Shown here piece by piece: positions 63,511-64,000 of a stretch of 64,000 bases of DNA. The translations under genes and the position numbers were made by a program. Numbering within the stretch: the first letter of the stretch is position 1; each line of letters opens with the position of its first letter. Below the pieces are notes generated by a model that was given only the letters and a program-made list of their open reading frames with translations, had not been told where the DNA came from and searched no databases. The DNA comes from Bilabrum cf. latius (Eukaryota): assembly GCA_965178125.1 (NCBI GenBank), contig OZ237746.1, forward strand, positions 1 to 64,000, in the 5' to 3' direction.

Positions 63511-63680
63511 CAAACATCAATGGTTGAACTTCTTCATATCGGCACAGGTCGGCGCTGTGCTAAATCCGATGCCAGTAGGAAAGCCGGAAGCACCCTCATC
63601 ATCATGATCGTCGCTGGCGGTGCCAGAGTGCGCGAGGCAAAATGTAATTATAGGCATGAGCATGATACATGGCAGTAGTT

Positions 63681-64000
63681 TCAACTCTACTCAGCCACCC
63701 CCCTCCTGGACGCATTCGGTGACTTCTTTCTGCCGCTTGGCCTGGCCACCCCACTGGCAGTCCTGTCTCCTCGGGACCCACTGGCAGTACCTCTAGCAGA
63801 TGAGTGCGAGCTGCTCCGTTCCCTTCCAGCCACGCCGCCCTTCCGCTCCTTCTCTTCCAGCTGCATGGCCTCATTCCGCAGCCGCTGCACCCTTACCGCC
63901 ATGCCCTCCTCCCTGGATCCAGCAGGCCGCATCCTCCTCGCCCTCGCCGCCCGGCCGGCCCGACCGGAGGGGGGCCTTACCTGGCTCTTCGAGTCTGCGC
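63681..64000 (-). CDS. 3' end of a gene running off the window
   Basis: GC-rich open frame ending ...GVAE*S-TGA. Confidence 0.45.

Overview
This window is the left end of a GC-rich, gene-dense, intron-poor eukaryotic (protist-like) chromosome. The first 8.4 kb is repetitive: a (CCCTAA)n telomere, a 4.5-kb 22-bp satellite, a 155-bp satellite, a second internal telomeric tract and a 53-bp minisatellite. About 27 tightly packed genes follow, including ERGIC3, NOL9/Grc3, SLD5, PCID2, QPRT, a PDI-family protein, ARL16, a C2H2 protein, GH128, DENND10, a DnaJ protein, a CID/RPRD protein, SDA1, a Lunapark-like protein and an NSUN-like methyltransferase. There is also one tRNA-Ala(AGC) and a 3.4-kb TA-flanked TIR element with hairpin-rich ends. 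The main result is a variant nuclear genetic code. Most genes carry in-frame TAG codons, several at positions where homologues have a conserved Gln (SLD5 C-terminal QLI, CID NDVxQ, J-domain FQ, ERGIC3 GxQQ). Once TAG is read through, the genes end in TGA or TAA. So UAG=Gln while UAA remains a stop, an uncoupling that is rare in nuclear genomes. The supplied ORF track is fragmented for this reason, and the gene coordinates below use TAG=Gln. Family calls come from motif recognition, not database searches.
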